Shown: positions 39,613 to 50,159, counted from the stretch's first letter. The stretch: DNA of 64,000 nucleotides from an uncultured archaeon (GCA_964525635.1 CAZGJX010000003.1:39465-103464); one strand, 5' to 3'. The notes: generated from the letters alone by a model not told the origin. Translations and numbers: made by a program.

Positions 39613-41142
39613 TTAAAAACTTATTACAGCAATCATTCCAATTATAATTAAACTTAAATTAATTGATAATATTATAACTTCCAATCTCCTACCCTTCTTT
39701 AAAAACCTAAGAATAAATGTTAAATTAACTATTAATGCTACATTAAAAATAAATAAAAGAAGAGCACGAATATTATCATCAATAGTAAATGAGGGTAAAT
39801 GAAAAAGATCACGAACTATAAATAAAATTCCATATAAAATTAAGCTAAATATTATTATTGCTAATATTGGTTCGAACTTCTTCTGCTTACGGATCCACTT
39901 CCCCAATTTATTATATGGATAAGCTATTAAAGTAATACCTATTAGCATAATAGGGAGGGAGATGAACCAAAAAGTTCCAAGATAAACACCATCAAAATAG
40001 TTATAAAATATAAGACTATTTGTTTTTACTGAAAGGTTATGTAGTATATAAATTGCAAATATCTCTCTACCAGGTAATTCAATTGCTTTCAAAACTTTAT
40101 TTGGTTTTTTTTTTATCATGGTAAAAGCGAATATAAGAACAGAATATCCTATCATAGGAAAAATAAATGTTCTAATAATATTTGTAAAAGGAATGTGAAT
40201 ATCTGGTATATTTAGAATTATAAAAGCACGGCTATCTGTAGTTAAATAGCTTCTATTTCCCCATGGATGCATAAAAGATGCTAAAATCAGGTATAATCCA
40301 ATAAAAAATGTCAAAGATATAAAAGAAATATTCCTGATTGTTACACTTTCCTTTAATTTTTTTAAATTTGCCATATTATCTTGACTTAACCAGTATCCAA
40401 ACATAACTCCAAAAAAGAATGAGAAATATTTTGGCGGTAACATATACATACCTTCAATATATAGATCTTGGTTTAGAAGATCTTTACTTAAATCTATAGA
40501 TAATTCATTTAAATTTGTATAAAAAATAACATAAAGAACATAAAGAATAATGACTGAAATTAATGTAATATAGAAATATCTTCTTACCAAATAATAAAAT
40601 AGTGGAAAAATTAAATATACCGATAAAAGAAAAGTAATAAACCAATAATGGGCGCAAATCCCCCAGAAATTAGTTCGAGTAGCAAAAGGATATGATTGTA
40701 ATCCACTTAGATATAATAAATCATTATCTAAAGAATAAGGTCTTAAATCATCTTGTTGGAAGTAAAAAATAAAGATGATATTTATTATTACACCTAAAAT
40801 AAATAAAGGAAAGATCCTTATTAATCTACTTTTATACCATTTTAACCACGAATGGTTTTCTCTTTTTCGTGTCTCTATACCAATTACCAACAACATTCCA
40901 ATAAAAACTATGATAACTTCAACCGTAGGATATCCAATCTCTATTAAAAACATGAAAATTGGATGTCTAGTATCTTTAGAAAATGGAATAAATGACATAT
41001 TCCAATGTTGGACAACAGTGAATAAAATAAAAATAGCTTTTAATAGATCTATTGCTGAGGAAGTACCTGGATCAATAGGTAACTTGCTTCTTGGAACTTT
41101 TTCTAAATTTATTATTGATTCTATTTCATTATTTTCCGTCAT
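39613..41142 (-). CDS. membrane acyltransferase, acyltransferase-3 family-like
   Basis: Has the N-terminal SAIDLLKAIFILFTVVQH motif followed by about 10 TM segments. Confidence 0.55.
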   Translation of the reverse strand: MTENNEIESIINLEKVPRSKLPIDPGTSSAIDLLKAIFILFTVVQHWNMSFIPFSKDTRHPIFMFLIEIGYPTVEVIIVFIGMLLVIGIETRKRENHSWLKWYKSRLIRIFPLFILGVIINIIFIFYFQQDDLRPYSLDNDLLYLSGLQSYPFATRTNFWGICAHYWFITFLLSVYLIFPLFYYLVRRYFYITLISVIILYVLYVIFYTNLNELSIDLSKDLLNQDLYIEGMYMLPPKYFSFFFGVMFGYWLSQDNMANLKKLKESVTIRNISFISLTFFIGLYLILASFMHPWGNRSYLTTDSRAFIILNIPDIHIPFTNIIRTFIFPMIGYSVLIFAFTMIKKKPNKVLKAIELPGREIFAIYILHNLSVKTNSLIFYNYFDGVYLGTFWFISLPIMLIGITLIAYPYNKLGKWIRKQKKFEPILAIIIFSLILYGILFIVRDLFHLPSFTIDDNIRALLLFIFNVALIVNLTFILRFLKKGRRLEVIILSINLSLIIIGMIAVISF

Positions 41143-41494
41143 ATAAACAAATTTTAAAATAATATATGAATATTAAATTTAATTTAATACTATAAAGGTA
41201 ATTATGATTAAATCATCTATTTTTCGCAAATCCAATAATTCTTGATTATGATTGTTAATATCAGCTATAATTAACTAAAAATTTATAAAAACAAAAAACC
41301 AATCAAATAAATTCCTCGATGATTATAATTATCATAAAAATAAAATTTTCATATAAATCTGTTGAAAAATTTAGCTTATAGTTATCCTAAGAAAAAAATA
41401 ATCATAAGGAGATTGAATAAATTAATTTAGAAAAAAATACTTGCAGATTTTAAATATCATTTAGAATTGATAAGAAGAGAAGATTTTTGGTATA

Positions 41495-44089
41495 ATGAAT
41501 ATATTATTTGAAAAGATCTTAAAATATAAATTTGAGATCATTTGTTTTACTATATTCTTCTATTTTTTATTATATTTAAGGGTCATTACTCCTTATCACG
41601 ATACTTACTTAGAATGGAAATTTGATCCTTATCACGATACTTACTTAGAATGGAAATTTGATTGGGATTTTTATAGACTTATGTACAACGATATAACAAT
41701 TGTCTTTAACCGGGAGAACCCAGAGGTTATAGCTCCTTTTTGCTATAGGATTTTAACACCACTTGTAGTAAGATTATTTCCTTTTGAAGACATGACTTTA
41801 AACTGGGGATTATATAGTTTTATTTTTATTTATTTAACGGGTATAGTGCTTTATTTTATATTTAGAATTTATTTCAATAAATATATCTCAATGGTGGGAC
41901 TTATTTTATTCTGTTATTTGTGCTTTACCTCTCCAACGATTCCTTCATTTGGTGATAGTATATATGATTATTATTTTATGCAATACTATTTTTACATGGT
42001 TTTTCATGTTGATCCTTTAGCGTATTTTCTTTTAATGTTATGTTTCTATAGTATTTTAAAATCAAATAAAAAATTATTTTGTATTTCTCTCTTATTAGGT
42101 ATATTAACAAAAGAATCTATTCTATTCACAATTCCGGTGTATTTAATCCATGAATATTTAAAGAGAAGAAAAATCAAGAATCGAGAAAAATCAATCTATA
42201 ATTTTCTAAACGGTTTTAAACCCATAGTACCAACTATATTAATCTTTATTTTAATGAGAATTATAATTACTCCAAAATCTTCCTTAGAAGAAGTCTATTG
42301 GGATGAATACTATCAAGGAAATGAATATATGTCATTAGGAATGATAGAAGTGTTATTAAAGTATTTAATTTCCGATTATCATGATTTTGGCTGGGGTATA
42401 TTGGATTATTCAATTCTTTTTTGGAGTCCACTATTATTTATTTTATTTTGTTTTAATAAAAAGAAAGATGTCTTCAATTGGTTTAAATTATATAGTGTTT
42501 TTATAGCTGCTATATATTTTCAAATGATGATAGCAGGTGAAAGATCTCGTGCTCTCTTTTTTGGTTTTTTCCCAATACTTTTATTAGCGGTTTCTGGAGT
42601 AAATAATATTTATGAAATTATCCAAAAAAAAATCAATTATCGAAAAGCAAAAAAAGAGAATAATAACTTACCAATTAAAGAGGTTTTAATAAAAAAAGAA
42701 GAATTAATCCCATTGGATCCTATTTCACAATCCCAATTATTTTTTAAGCATCCTATTCTTCCAGAGGTACTTTATGGTGCTGTTATTTTAAGAGGGAAGT
42801 TGAAATTGGATGTATTAAATAATTCATATAAAAAAGTTATGGAAAAAAATCCTCATCTTCACGATATTTTAATTAAAAAGCGTGTGGGTGTGTTTTATAA
42901 AATATTTAGAAAACCTATTCAACCTCTCCCAATAGGAGAAATTAATTTGGTAAATTCAAATCTTCCATATCGGGAAAGATTACTTGAACATTTTAAATCT
43001 TCATTATCTAAGCATATTGATCCATTTAGAGAACCGACTTTTTATGCATATTATGTAAAATTAGATGAAAATATATTTGCTATTGCTTACATTTCTCATC
43101 ATACTACATTGGATGGAATTGGATTTGTAAATTTTTATCAGGAATTATTTTCATATTATTATAAAGAAATCTATAAAAAAGAAAGTGAGTGGTCGAAGTC
43201 AGTAGGATTTATAAGCCTTAGAGATAAAAAAAATGAGGGTAATATAAAAATGGTCCCTTTAATTAAGCCACGATTTTCAATTAAAAAAACTATAAAAACA
43301 ATAACAGTATTTTTATCATTTAGAAAAGCCCGAAAATTCACAATAAACCGTCCTTTATCTGAACTAAGCCATGCAAACCTTTTAAAAATCGAAAAAAATA
43401 CTTTAAAGAAAATAAAACAATATGGAAAATCACTTAATTCTACTGTAAATGATGTTTTATTAGCATTATTATTTAGAACACTCTTTATTATATTTCCTGA
43501 GATAGAGAATAAAAAAAAAACCCATTATACAATAAGCGTACCAATTAATATTAAGAAAAAAATATCACCTAATAAAAGGATTATAAATAACATGACAAGC
43601 CTTTTTATTAGCATAGAAGGTTCTCAATTTAGAAATGTGGAAAAGATACTTAAAATAATAAACACAACCAAGAAAAAACAAATTGAAATGGGATTAGATA
43701 TTTATCAATATCATGTTTTACGCATATTATTAAAAATCACTCAATTATTTCCCTTTAATCTAAGTCGGAAATTATTTCATAAGTTATTTCAATTCCCATT
43801 TACGTCATTATTTAGTAATTTTGGGATATTATGGCCTGAAATTGTTGATGGAGGCGTTACGGGGAAAAGTTTCTTAACAAAAATTGGAGACGAACTTGAA
43901 ATATTAGATGTAGATTTGGGTTATTCTCTACTTCCCCATATTGGACATGAATTTGTTACTTTTACTTATCGAGAGCAACTTCATATTTATCTTTCTACTT
44001 ATGATGCATTTTTTTCTAAAGAACAATCAAAAAGATTTATAGATGTATTCCATCAAGAAATAGAAAAATTATCAAATAAAAAAAGCTAA
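41495..44089 (+). CDS. fusion of a polytopic membrane domain with a condensation/WS-DGAT-like acyltransferase domain
   Basis: The N-terminal ~390 aa are hydrophobic. The C-terminal half carries ISHHTTLDGIGF (HHxxxDG) and TVNDVLLALLFRTL. Confidence 0.6.
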   Translation: MNILFEKILKYKFEIICFTIFFYFLLYLRVITPYHDTYLEWKFDPYHDTYLEWKFDWDFYRLMYNDITIVFNRENPEVIAPFCYRILTPLVVRLFPFEDMTLNWGLYSFIFIYLTGIVLYFIFRIYFNKYISMVGLILFCYLCFTSPTIPSFGDSIYDYYFMQYYFYMVFHVDPLAYFLLMLCFYSILKSNKKLFCISLLLGILTKESILFTIPVYLIHEYLKRRKIKNREKSIYNFLNGFKPIVPTILIFILMRIIITPKSSLEEVYWDEYYQGNEYMSLGMIEVLLKYLISDYHDFGWGILDYSILFWSPLLFILFCFNKKKDVFNWFKLYSVFIAAIYFQMMIAGERSRALFFGFFPILLLAVSGVNNIYEIIQKKINYRKAKKENNNLPIKEVLIKKEELIPLDPISQSQLFFKHPILPEVLYGAVILRGKLKLDVLNNSYKKVMEKNPHLHDILIKKRVGVFYKIFRKPIQPLPIGEINLVNSNLPYRERLLEHFKSSLSKHIDPFREPTFYAYYVKLDENIFAIAYISHHTTLDGIGFVNFYQELFSYYYKEIYKKESEWSKSVGFISLRDKKNEGNIKMVPLIKPRFSIKKTIKTITVFLSFRKARKFTINRPLSELSHANLLKIEKNTLKKIKQYGKSLNSTVNDVLLALLFRTLFIIFPEIENKKKTHYTISVPINIKKKISPNKRIINNMTSLFISIEGSQFRNVEKILKIINTTKKKQIEMGLDIYQYHVLRILLKITQLFPFNLSRKLFHKLFQFPFTSLFSNFGILWPEIVDGGVTGKSFLTKIGDELEILDVDLGYSLLPHIGHEFVTFTYREQLHIYLSTYDAFFSKEQSKRFIDVFHQEIEKLSNKKS
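41591..41662 (+). repeat. perfect 36-bp tandem duplication (2 copies), in frame
   Basis: ccttatcacgatacttacttagaatggaaatttgat occurs at 41591-41626 and again at 41627-41662, encoding PYHDTYLEWKFD twice. Confidence 0.95.
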
Positions 44090-45222
44090 TTTTTTTCTAA
44101 ATAGTCAGGTATATCATAATTCCATTCCTTTAAAGCAAAATCCCAATATTTCTTAACCTTTTCTATTGTAGAAATACTATATACATATTTATTCTTTTTA
44201 TAATTTGCAGTTTCTTTAAGATAGTCTTTAAAAAGAGGTTTAATATCTTCAAATCCATTCAATTTGAACTTTTGATAGATTTTTTTTAATTGCTTAATTG
44301 GATTCTCTTCTAAATCTTTAAAGGTAAGTTCAATGTAATTTTCTTCTGGAATTAAATCTTTCTCTTTTAAGAAAGTAAGCATCATATCTTTATATATCGT
44401 TATTATGTTTTTATCAATTTCTTTTTTGGAAATTGGTTGCAAATTGAGCCATGGTAATACAGAATCATATAATTTATGAGTTGACATATAAATTTCAAAA
44501 GGATTTCTATGAATATTGATAAACTTTGCGTTGGGGAATAATTCCAAGAGAATTTTTATACGAACAGTATTAGCAGGGTTCTTTATAACGAGAGACTTCC
44601 TTCTAATGTAGTATTTCGCTTTCTTTAATAACTCAAGATAAACTCTTTTCCATTCTTCCTTCACTTTGGATGGAACTTTTTTTAAACATGTGTATTTTAT
44701 ATAATTCTCTATCATTTGTTGAGGAAAATACCAACTAACATAAAATCCATAAGGACATAAACTTCCTAAAGCAAATTCATCTTCTTGTGGCTCATCAACT
44801 CCAATTTTTACATTATCTTGGGGACGTGTATCTGGCATAAAAACTTTCATCATATTTCTGAAAATTTTAAGATATATAAATGATTTTGGAAAAAAAGCTT
44901 GAGTCATTGTGACGTACCCAAATTGAGGGTCTTTACATAGTAAATTATGAAGATGAGTTGTACCACTCCTCCAATGACCTAAAATAATAACAGGATCATC
45001 TGGTAATTTAACTTTCTCAACAATTTTCTTTAATTTCTTAGATTCAAGATAACGAACTGGTATTCCAATCATATTTATAAGAACAATCCCTACTAATCTT
45101 GGAAAATATTTTTTAGATATCGTTCGATTCATGACAAGGATTCTTATTAAATTTCTCAATGAACCTCCTATAGCAGGATTTATTGATCTCTTCTTTTTCT
45201 GTTTCTTATCATTTGAAACCAT
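44086..45222 (-). CDS. PAPS-dependent sulfotransferase family protein
   Basis: Has the 5'-PSB motif GHWRSGTTHLHNLL and a 3'-PB-like IHRNPFEIYMS. Its stop overlaps the stop of the 864-aa gene by 4 nt (convergent). Confidence 0.75.
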   Translation of the reverse strand: MVSNDKKQKKKRSINPAIGGSLRNLIRILVMNRTISKKYFPRLVGIVLINMIGIPVRYLESKKLKKIVEKVKLPDDPVIILGHWRSGTTHLHNLLCKDPQFGYVTMTQAFFPKSFIYLKIFRNMMKVFMPDTRPQDNVKIGVDEPQEDEFALGSLCPYGFYVSWYFPQQMIENYIKYTCLKKVPSKVKEEWKRVYLELLKKAKYYIRRKSLVIKNPANTVRIKILLELFPNAKFINIHRNPFEIYMSTHKLYDSVLPWLNLQPISKKEIDKNIITIYKDMMLTFLKEKDLIPEENYIELTFKDLEENPIKQLKKIYQKFKLNGFEDIKPLFKDYLKETANYKKNKYVYSISTIEKVKKYWDFALKEWNYDIPDYLEKN

Positions 45223-45357
45223 TATCCCTAACCTCTTATAAAGTTTTAATATCTAACCAGTTAGTAAGGTAAATCTTTTTTTTGTATTAAATCTATAGCT
45301 TATTCGAATATCTTGGTAAACTTAAACTTTTTAAAAATAAAAAATTTTTAAAATTAT

Positions 45358-46659
45358 ATGAGAAAAATAAAACCAAAAAGGATTATATATTTGGGTTTTA
45401 TACTTTTATTATTGTTTTCAAACCTCATAGCTTTTTATATTTTTAGTTATAATGATTGGTTAGAGGGATATTTTGATGTTCAAAGAAAAGAAAATGGAAA
45501 CACCCTTATTTGTAGACTTCCTTTGGCAGAAATATTTGAACATCCTAAAAGAGTGGCAAACCAAATACCAGTAAAGCCAAATAGTTCTGGTCATAAAATA
45601 TTTGAAGTTGATCAATATAAAAATGTTGTATGGGAATTCAGTGGTTTAGCATATCCTCATGATATGGAAGTGCTTCCAAATGACCATATATTAGTTGCTG
45701 ATACTGCTTATGATCGAGTTATAGAAATTAATTATCCCAACAAAGATATAGTATGGAGTTGGGAACCTGCAAAAATAAATTGGACAGAAGTAAATCCTGA
45801 GTGGATAGATAAACCTCTCTTGCCACATTATTATTTACATAATTTTACTTATGATTGGACTCATCTTAATAATGTTGAATTTAAGAATTATGGAAGCTAT
45901 GATGCATGTTTAATTTCTATAAGAAATTTTGATTTAATCGTTGAAGTAAATTATACTGCTGAAAGAATTGGGCCTTCAAACAATCCAGATAATATAATCT
46001 GGTGGTATGGAGATTATAGGAATGTTACTTTAATAAGTCGTCAGCACAATCCAATATATACAAGTTATGGTACTATTTACATTCCAGATTCAGGAAATAA
46101 CCGCATTATTGAAATAAATATGACAACTAATAAAATTATCTGGAATTATAGCAAAGGACTTGATTGGCCTAGAGGAGTGGATAAATTAGAGAATGGAAAT
46201 CTTTTAATCACAGATTCATTACATAATAGAATTATTGAGATTGAGAAGGATAGTAAGAAAATTGTTTGGAGCTATACCAGAGATTTAATTATTCCCTATG
46301 ATGCTGATAGATTAGAGAATGGAAACACGCTAATAAGTAATGGATATAGTGGAATTGTTTATGAAGTAAACAGAGCAGGGGAGATAGTTTGGCGCTATGG
46401 TCTATCCTTTGATAAGAGTATGATTTACTTAAATGTTATCATTATGCTTGGATTTTCCTCAACGGCAATTATATTTATATCAAAAGATATTATTAAAAGA
46501 AGAGAATTAACTAAATTTAGGAAAGAAATAAAGGGAATAAAGATTGGAATCTTAATTATCCCAATTATATTTAGTTTGTTAGTACTTTTTAGCTATACTA
46601 CTATTATTGGAAACTTAGTGATCGAGACTATGAAAAACATATTATTAAGTTATAGATAA
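45358..46659 (+). CDS. membrane-anchored beta-propeller protein, arylsulfotransferase (ASST)-like
   Basis: An N-terminal TM is followed by repeated blades ..D(R/N)(V/I)IEIN...IVW(S/N)(W/Y).., then DWTHLNNVEF..LISIRNFDLIVEVNY (D.tH.N...S.R motif), then C-terminal TMs. Confidence 0.55.
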   Translation: MRKIKPKRIIYLGFILLLLFSNLIAFYIFSYNDWLEGYFDVQRKENGNTLICRLPLAEIFEHPKRVANQIPVKPNSSGHKIFEVDQYKNVVWEFSGLAYPHDMEVLPNDHILVADTAYDRVIEINYPNKDIVWSWEPAKINWTEVNPEWIDKPLLPHYYLHNFTYDWTHLNNVEFKNYGSYDACLISIRNFDLIVEVNYTAERIGPSNNPDNIIWWYGDYRNVTLISRQHNPIYTSYGTIYIPDSGNNRIIEINMTTNKIIWNYSKGLDWPRGVDKLENGNLLITDSLHNRIIEIEKDSKKIVWSYTRDLIIPYDADRLENGNTLISNGYSGIVYEVNRAGEIVWRYGLSFDKSMIYLNVIIMLGFSSTAIIFISKDIIKRRELTKFRKEIKGIKIGILIIPIIFSLLVLFSYTTIIGNLVIETMKNILLSYR

Positions 46660-46701
46660 ACACTTATTGATATTAAAATCGATAAAATTTTATTCAAAAA
46701 T

Positions 46702-47052
46702 TTATTTTTTTTTTAAAAAATCAGGTATTATTCCTTTAAGTCCCAAACTTTTCAAGATTGTTTCTTTTATATCCATTTGTAGCTTAAATTCAGACATTTG
46801 TTTTACAGTATTCTCCAAAGAAGTTGAAAAGTTAAGACTCATATCTTTGATTGTTTTCGACATAAGATCAAATGATTCCTTCATAGTGATATTGGTATCT
46901 TGAAGTACAGAACTCATCTTATTAACAGAATTAGAAATTTCTGAACTAAAAGTAATTAAATTTACTGAGAGGTTTTTTATTTGTTCTGCTATAGCTTTCA
47001 TCTCAGTATTCATTTTAACAAGTTGTTCGTTAAGATCTTTTATTCCCAACAT
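46702..47052 (-). CDS. small coiled-coil protein, unknown function
   Basis: A 116-aa ORF with a heptad-like pattern. I prefer it over the overlapping plus-strand ORF 46667-46903, which looks like a shadow ORF. Confidence 0.35.
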   Translation of the reverse strand: MLGIKDLNEQLVKMNTEMKAIAEQIKNLSVNLITFSSEISNSVNKMSSVLQDTNITMKESFDLMSKTIKDMSLNFSTSLENTVKQMSEFKLQMDIKETILKSLGLKGIIPDFLKKK

Positions 47053-47159
47053 TATATTTCTGATAATGTAATTTGTTTAAAATATTTAAATAATTTCTAA
47101 TGCTTTTTAATTATAACTTATTAATTATCATAATTTCAATAAGAATTTAAGAATAAAAA

Positions 47160-47924
47160 ATGAGCGAAAATAATAATAAAAATAGATTCTTTAAAATGGC
47201 AGATATTTATGATAAGCTAGCTCAGTATCTTGTGCCAAAATATGACTATCTACAAGAGGAAGTAATAGATCTTTTACCTTTTAATATAAATAGACAATAT
47301 AATGTTATAGATTTAGGTGCGGGAAGTGGGATTTTTTTAGAAAGATTTTTAAAAAAATATCCAAATGTTAAATGTTTTTGGATTGATTATTCTGATGATT
47401 TTCTAAATGTAGCAAAAAATAGATTGAATAAATACAATAAAAGGATTAATTTTATAATATCTCCAATAGAGGAGGATTGGACAAAATTAATTCATGAAAA
47501 AGTTCATTTAATAACTTCTATGTCAGCAATTCATCATTTAGAAACCCAAGAAAAAAAAGAATTATATAAAAGATGTTATGATTTGTTAGAAGAAACGGGT
47601 TGGTTTTTTAATATAGATGAGATGAAAACATTAAATTTTGATGCTTATAAAAGTAGTTTAGAAAGATGGTATAAACATGGTGAAGAAATTAAAAAAAAAA
47701 TTCCTAACCATTTACTCAGTTCTTATAAACTATTAAAAAATCAATTTGATAATTGGAAAATAAGAAATCTTGATAATATTGAAAAGCCAAAAACTAAGGG
47801 GGATGATATACATGAAACATTTATAGATCAAATTAATTGGTTGAATGAAATTGGATATAAAAACGTTGATCTTTTTATTAAACATCATCTTTGGTGTGTA
47901 ATTGGAGGACAAAAATTGAATTAA
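47160..47924 (+). CDS. class I SAM-dependent methyltransferase
   Basis: Has motif I, VIDLGAGSGIF, and a post-I acidic residue (WIDYSD). Confidence 0.8.
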   Translation: MSENNNKNRFFKMADIYDKLAQYLVPKYDYLQEEVIDLLPFNINRQYNVIDLGAGSGIFLERFLKKYPNVKCFWIDYSDDFLNVAKNRLNKYNKRINFIISPIEEDWTKLIHEKVHLITSMSAIHHLETQEKKELYKRCYDLLEETGWFFNIDEMKTLNFDAYKSSLERWYKHGEEIKKKIPNHLLSSYKLLKNQFDNWKIRNLDNIEKPKTKGDDIHETFIDQINWLNEIGYKNVDLFIKHHLWCVIGGQKLN

Positions 47925-48569
47925 TTACATTATATTTCTTCCTGCTAATTCATCTTCAAGGTATTGATCTCCATAATTTTGTCTTATTTTTTCTAACCAT
48001 TCATTTGTTTTAATTTTAACCATCCCTACACGATTTCCCTTTATTTTTTCTATTGTTTTACAAACAACTCCTTCTTTTAAATTATATTTATTTTTTCTTA
48101 CAGATTCTATAAACTTTAGAGTTAAAGGTCCTTCATAAATCATTCTTGGGGTTCCAAGATGTCCAAAATCTTCAATAAATTCTTTTGGAGGTATAATTCC
48201 CTTTCCAATTGGATTTACATCAAATAATATTAAATCAAGTTCATCATCAGGATTATGTCTACCTGCAAAAGAATGTGGTCCGACCCATTCACAAAAAACA
48301 ATGGCTTTTTTTGTTTTATTATATTTAGGATTACTTTTAAAAATATATACCAATTCTTTTGCATATTTTAGCATAAACAATGAAATAGCAGCACTAAATT
48401 CTTTATGTGAAGGATTAATTATCATTCTTCGTGTACCAAATTGATACCAACCCATTTTTTTGGACCATTCAAAACGCATATTATTCCCGTCCAGTTTATC
48501 GAATGCTATTATTTCTTTACCTAGTAGTAATTTACCAACAAAATATGGAATAGATACATATTGCTTCAT
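47925..48569 (-). CDS. ATP-dependent RNA ligase-like nucleotidyltransferase (Rnl2/REL-type, adenylyltransferase domain only)
   Basis: Has motif I FDKLDGNN, III VFCEWVG, IIIa LILFDV, IV EGVVCK and V MVKIKT. Confidence 0.7.
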   Translation of the reverse strand: MKQYVSIPYFVGKLLLGKEIIAFDKLDGNNMRFEWSKKMGWYQFGTRRMIINPSHKEFSAAISLFMLKYAKELVYIFKSNPKYNKTKKAIVFCEWVGPHSFAGRHNPDDELDLILFDVNPIGKGIIPPKEFIEDFGHLGTPRMIYEGPLTLKFIESVRKNKYNLKEGVVCKTIEKIKGNRVGMVKIKTNEWLEKIRQNYGDQYLEDELAGRNIM

Positions 48570-48780
48570 TTTTCGACCATTTTAATATATATTATTAACT
48601 ACTCTTTTGGAATATCATAAAATTAACCATTAACTTATTATCATTCTATTTTGATAAGGAATTATTATTTATATTAATATTTAGTTAAAAATTTTAAGGT
48701 AATAATAAATATATTTTATACATTCAAATTTCTTAATTTTTAAATGTGTAATATGACTATTCTATTTTAAGTGATATTTT

Positions 48781-49968
48781 ATGATTAAACAATTTAATTT
48801 TACTAATATTCCCAAAATAATATTTGGCTCAGGAAAACTTCAAGAGCTTTATAAAATAATTCCAGATTTTGGGACGAATATTTTATTTGTTATTGGAAAG
48901 AGTTCTCTAAAAAATTCAGGTAAATGGAAAGAAATTACACATAACATAGAAGGAAAAGATTTTAGTTTTTCTCATGTTTCAATTTTAGGAGAACCATCTC
49001 CTTCAATTATTGATAAAATAACATCAGAACTGAGAAATAAATCAATTGATTTAATTATTGGAATAGGAGGAGGAAGTGTAATAGATGCTGGAAAAGCTAT
49101 ATCCGCTATGTTAACCAAAGAAGAGTCTATAACAAATTATTTAGAAGGTGTTGGTTATAAACAACATAATGGATCAAAATTACCATATATCGCTATCCCT
49201 ACTACATCAGGTACTGGAAGTGAGGCAACTAAAAATGCTGTAATAAGTCAAGTTGGCCCACATGGATTTAAAAAATCTCTTAGGCATGATAATTTTGTTC
49301 CGAATATCACAATTATCGATCCTGAATTAATGATCACCTGTCCATCCTCAAAAACAGCAGCTTGTGGAATGGATGCTTTCACCCAATTACTTGAAACATA
49401 TGTTTCTTCAATTGCAAATCCAATAACGGATGCTTTAGCTTTTAGTGGAATAAAAGTGATGAAAGATAATCTTATACCTGCTTGTACTTCTGGATCGAAT
49501 GATATAAATGTAAGAAGTGGGATGGCATATGGAGCTTTAATGTCAGGAATAACATTAGCAAATGCAGGTTTGGGAATAGTGCATGGATTGGCATCACCAA
49601 TAGGAGGTTTTTTCGATATTCCTCATGGTATAGTATGTGGAACTCTTTTATCTAATGCAACAAGAATTAACATAGAAAGATTAAAAGAAATAGGTCAAAA
49701 AGGAAGGAAATCCTTAAAGAAATATGCTGAAATTGGAGCATTAATTTTAAATCAATATAATGTGGAAGAAAAGAAGATAAATCATTATTTAGATACTTTA
49801 TTGAAGACATTAGATAAATGGACAAAAGATCTAAATATAGAAAGATTAGGATCTTATGGAATTACTGAAAATGATATAGATAAAATAATAAAAAATACAA
49901 GTCTGAAAAACAATCCAGTAGATTTAACAGCTAGAGATATAGAAACAATAGTAATTAATAGATTATAG
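48781..49968 (+). CDS. iron-containing alcohol dehydrogenase
   Basis: Has GIGGGSVIDAGKAI, PTTSGTGSE and the metal-binding HG..H region. Confidence 0.9.
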   Translation: MIKQFNFTNIPKIIFGSGKLQELYKIIPDFGTNILFVIGKSSLKNSGKWKEITHNIEGKDFSFSHVSILGEPSPSIIDKITSELRNKSIDLIIGIGGGSVIDAGKAISAMLTKEESITNYLEGVGYKQHNGSKLPYIAIPTTSGTGSEATKNAVISQVGPHGFKKSLRHDNFVPNITIIDPELMITCPSSKTAACGMDAFTQLLETYVSSIANPITDALAFSGIKVMKDNLIPACTSGSNDINVRSGMAYGALMSGITLANAGLGIVHGLASPIGGFFDIPHGIVCGTLLSNATRINIERLKEIGQKGRKSLKKYAEIGALILNQYNVEEKKINHYLDTLLKTLDKWTKDLNIERLGSYGITENDIDKIIKNTSLKNNPVDLTARDIETIVINRL

Positions 49969-50053
49969 ACCAATTTATAAAAAATTTTAGTAATATTTTA
50001 ATTATACCAATATATACTTAATATAGCTAATAAATATCTAAGGAATAAAAATA

Positions 50054-50155
50054 ATGAAGATGCTTCAAAATATAAAAGATAATTATAATATGAGCAATTT
50101 GGGGCAAGTTTTATCCTTAGGTTTACTTTTAAATTTACTTTTATTATTATTATAA
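50054..50155 (+). CDS. candidate leucine-rich leader peptide (33 aa) upstream of leuA/cimA
   Basis: Encodes MKMLQNIKDNYNMSNLGQVLSLGLLLNLLLLLL*. 11 of the last 14 codons are Leu (9 TTA, 2 CTT). An AGGA lies 10 nt upstream of the ATG. The ORF is too short to appear in the ORF track. Confidence 0.4.
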   Translation: MKMLQNIKDNYNMSNLGQVLSLGLLLNLLLLLL

Positions 50156-50159
50156 AGCG

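Noticed and set aside
41320-41345. Near-palindrome gatgattataattatcat in the divergent spacer as an operator
   Set aside because: It is only an imperfect 5-bp arm match, expected by chance in sequence this AT-rich.
47160-48569. Methyltransferase + RNA ligase as a Hen1/Pnkp-like RNA repair pair
   Set aside because: The genes are convergent with abutting stop codons, not co-oriented. There is no kinase/phosphatase domain, and the methyltransferase shows only generic class I motifs.
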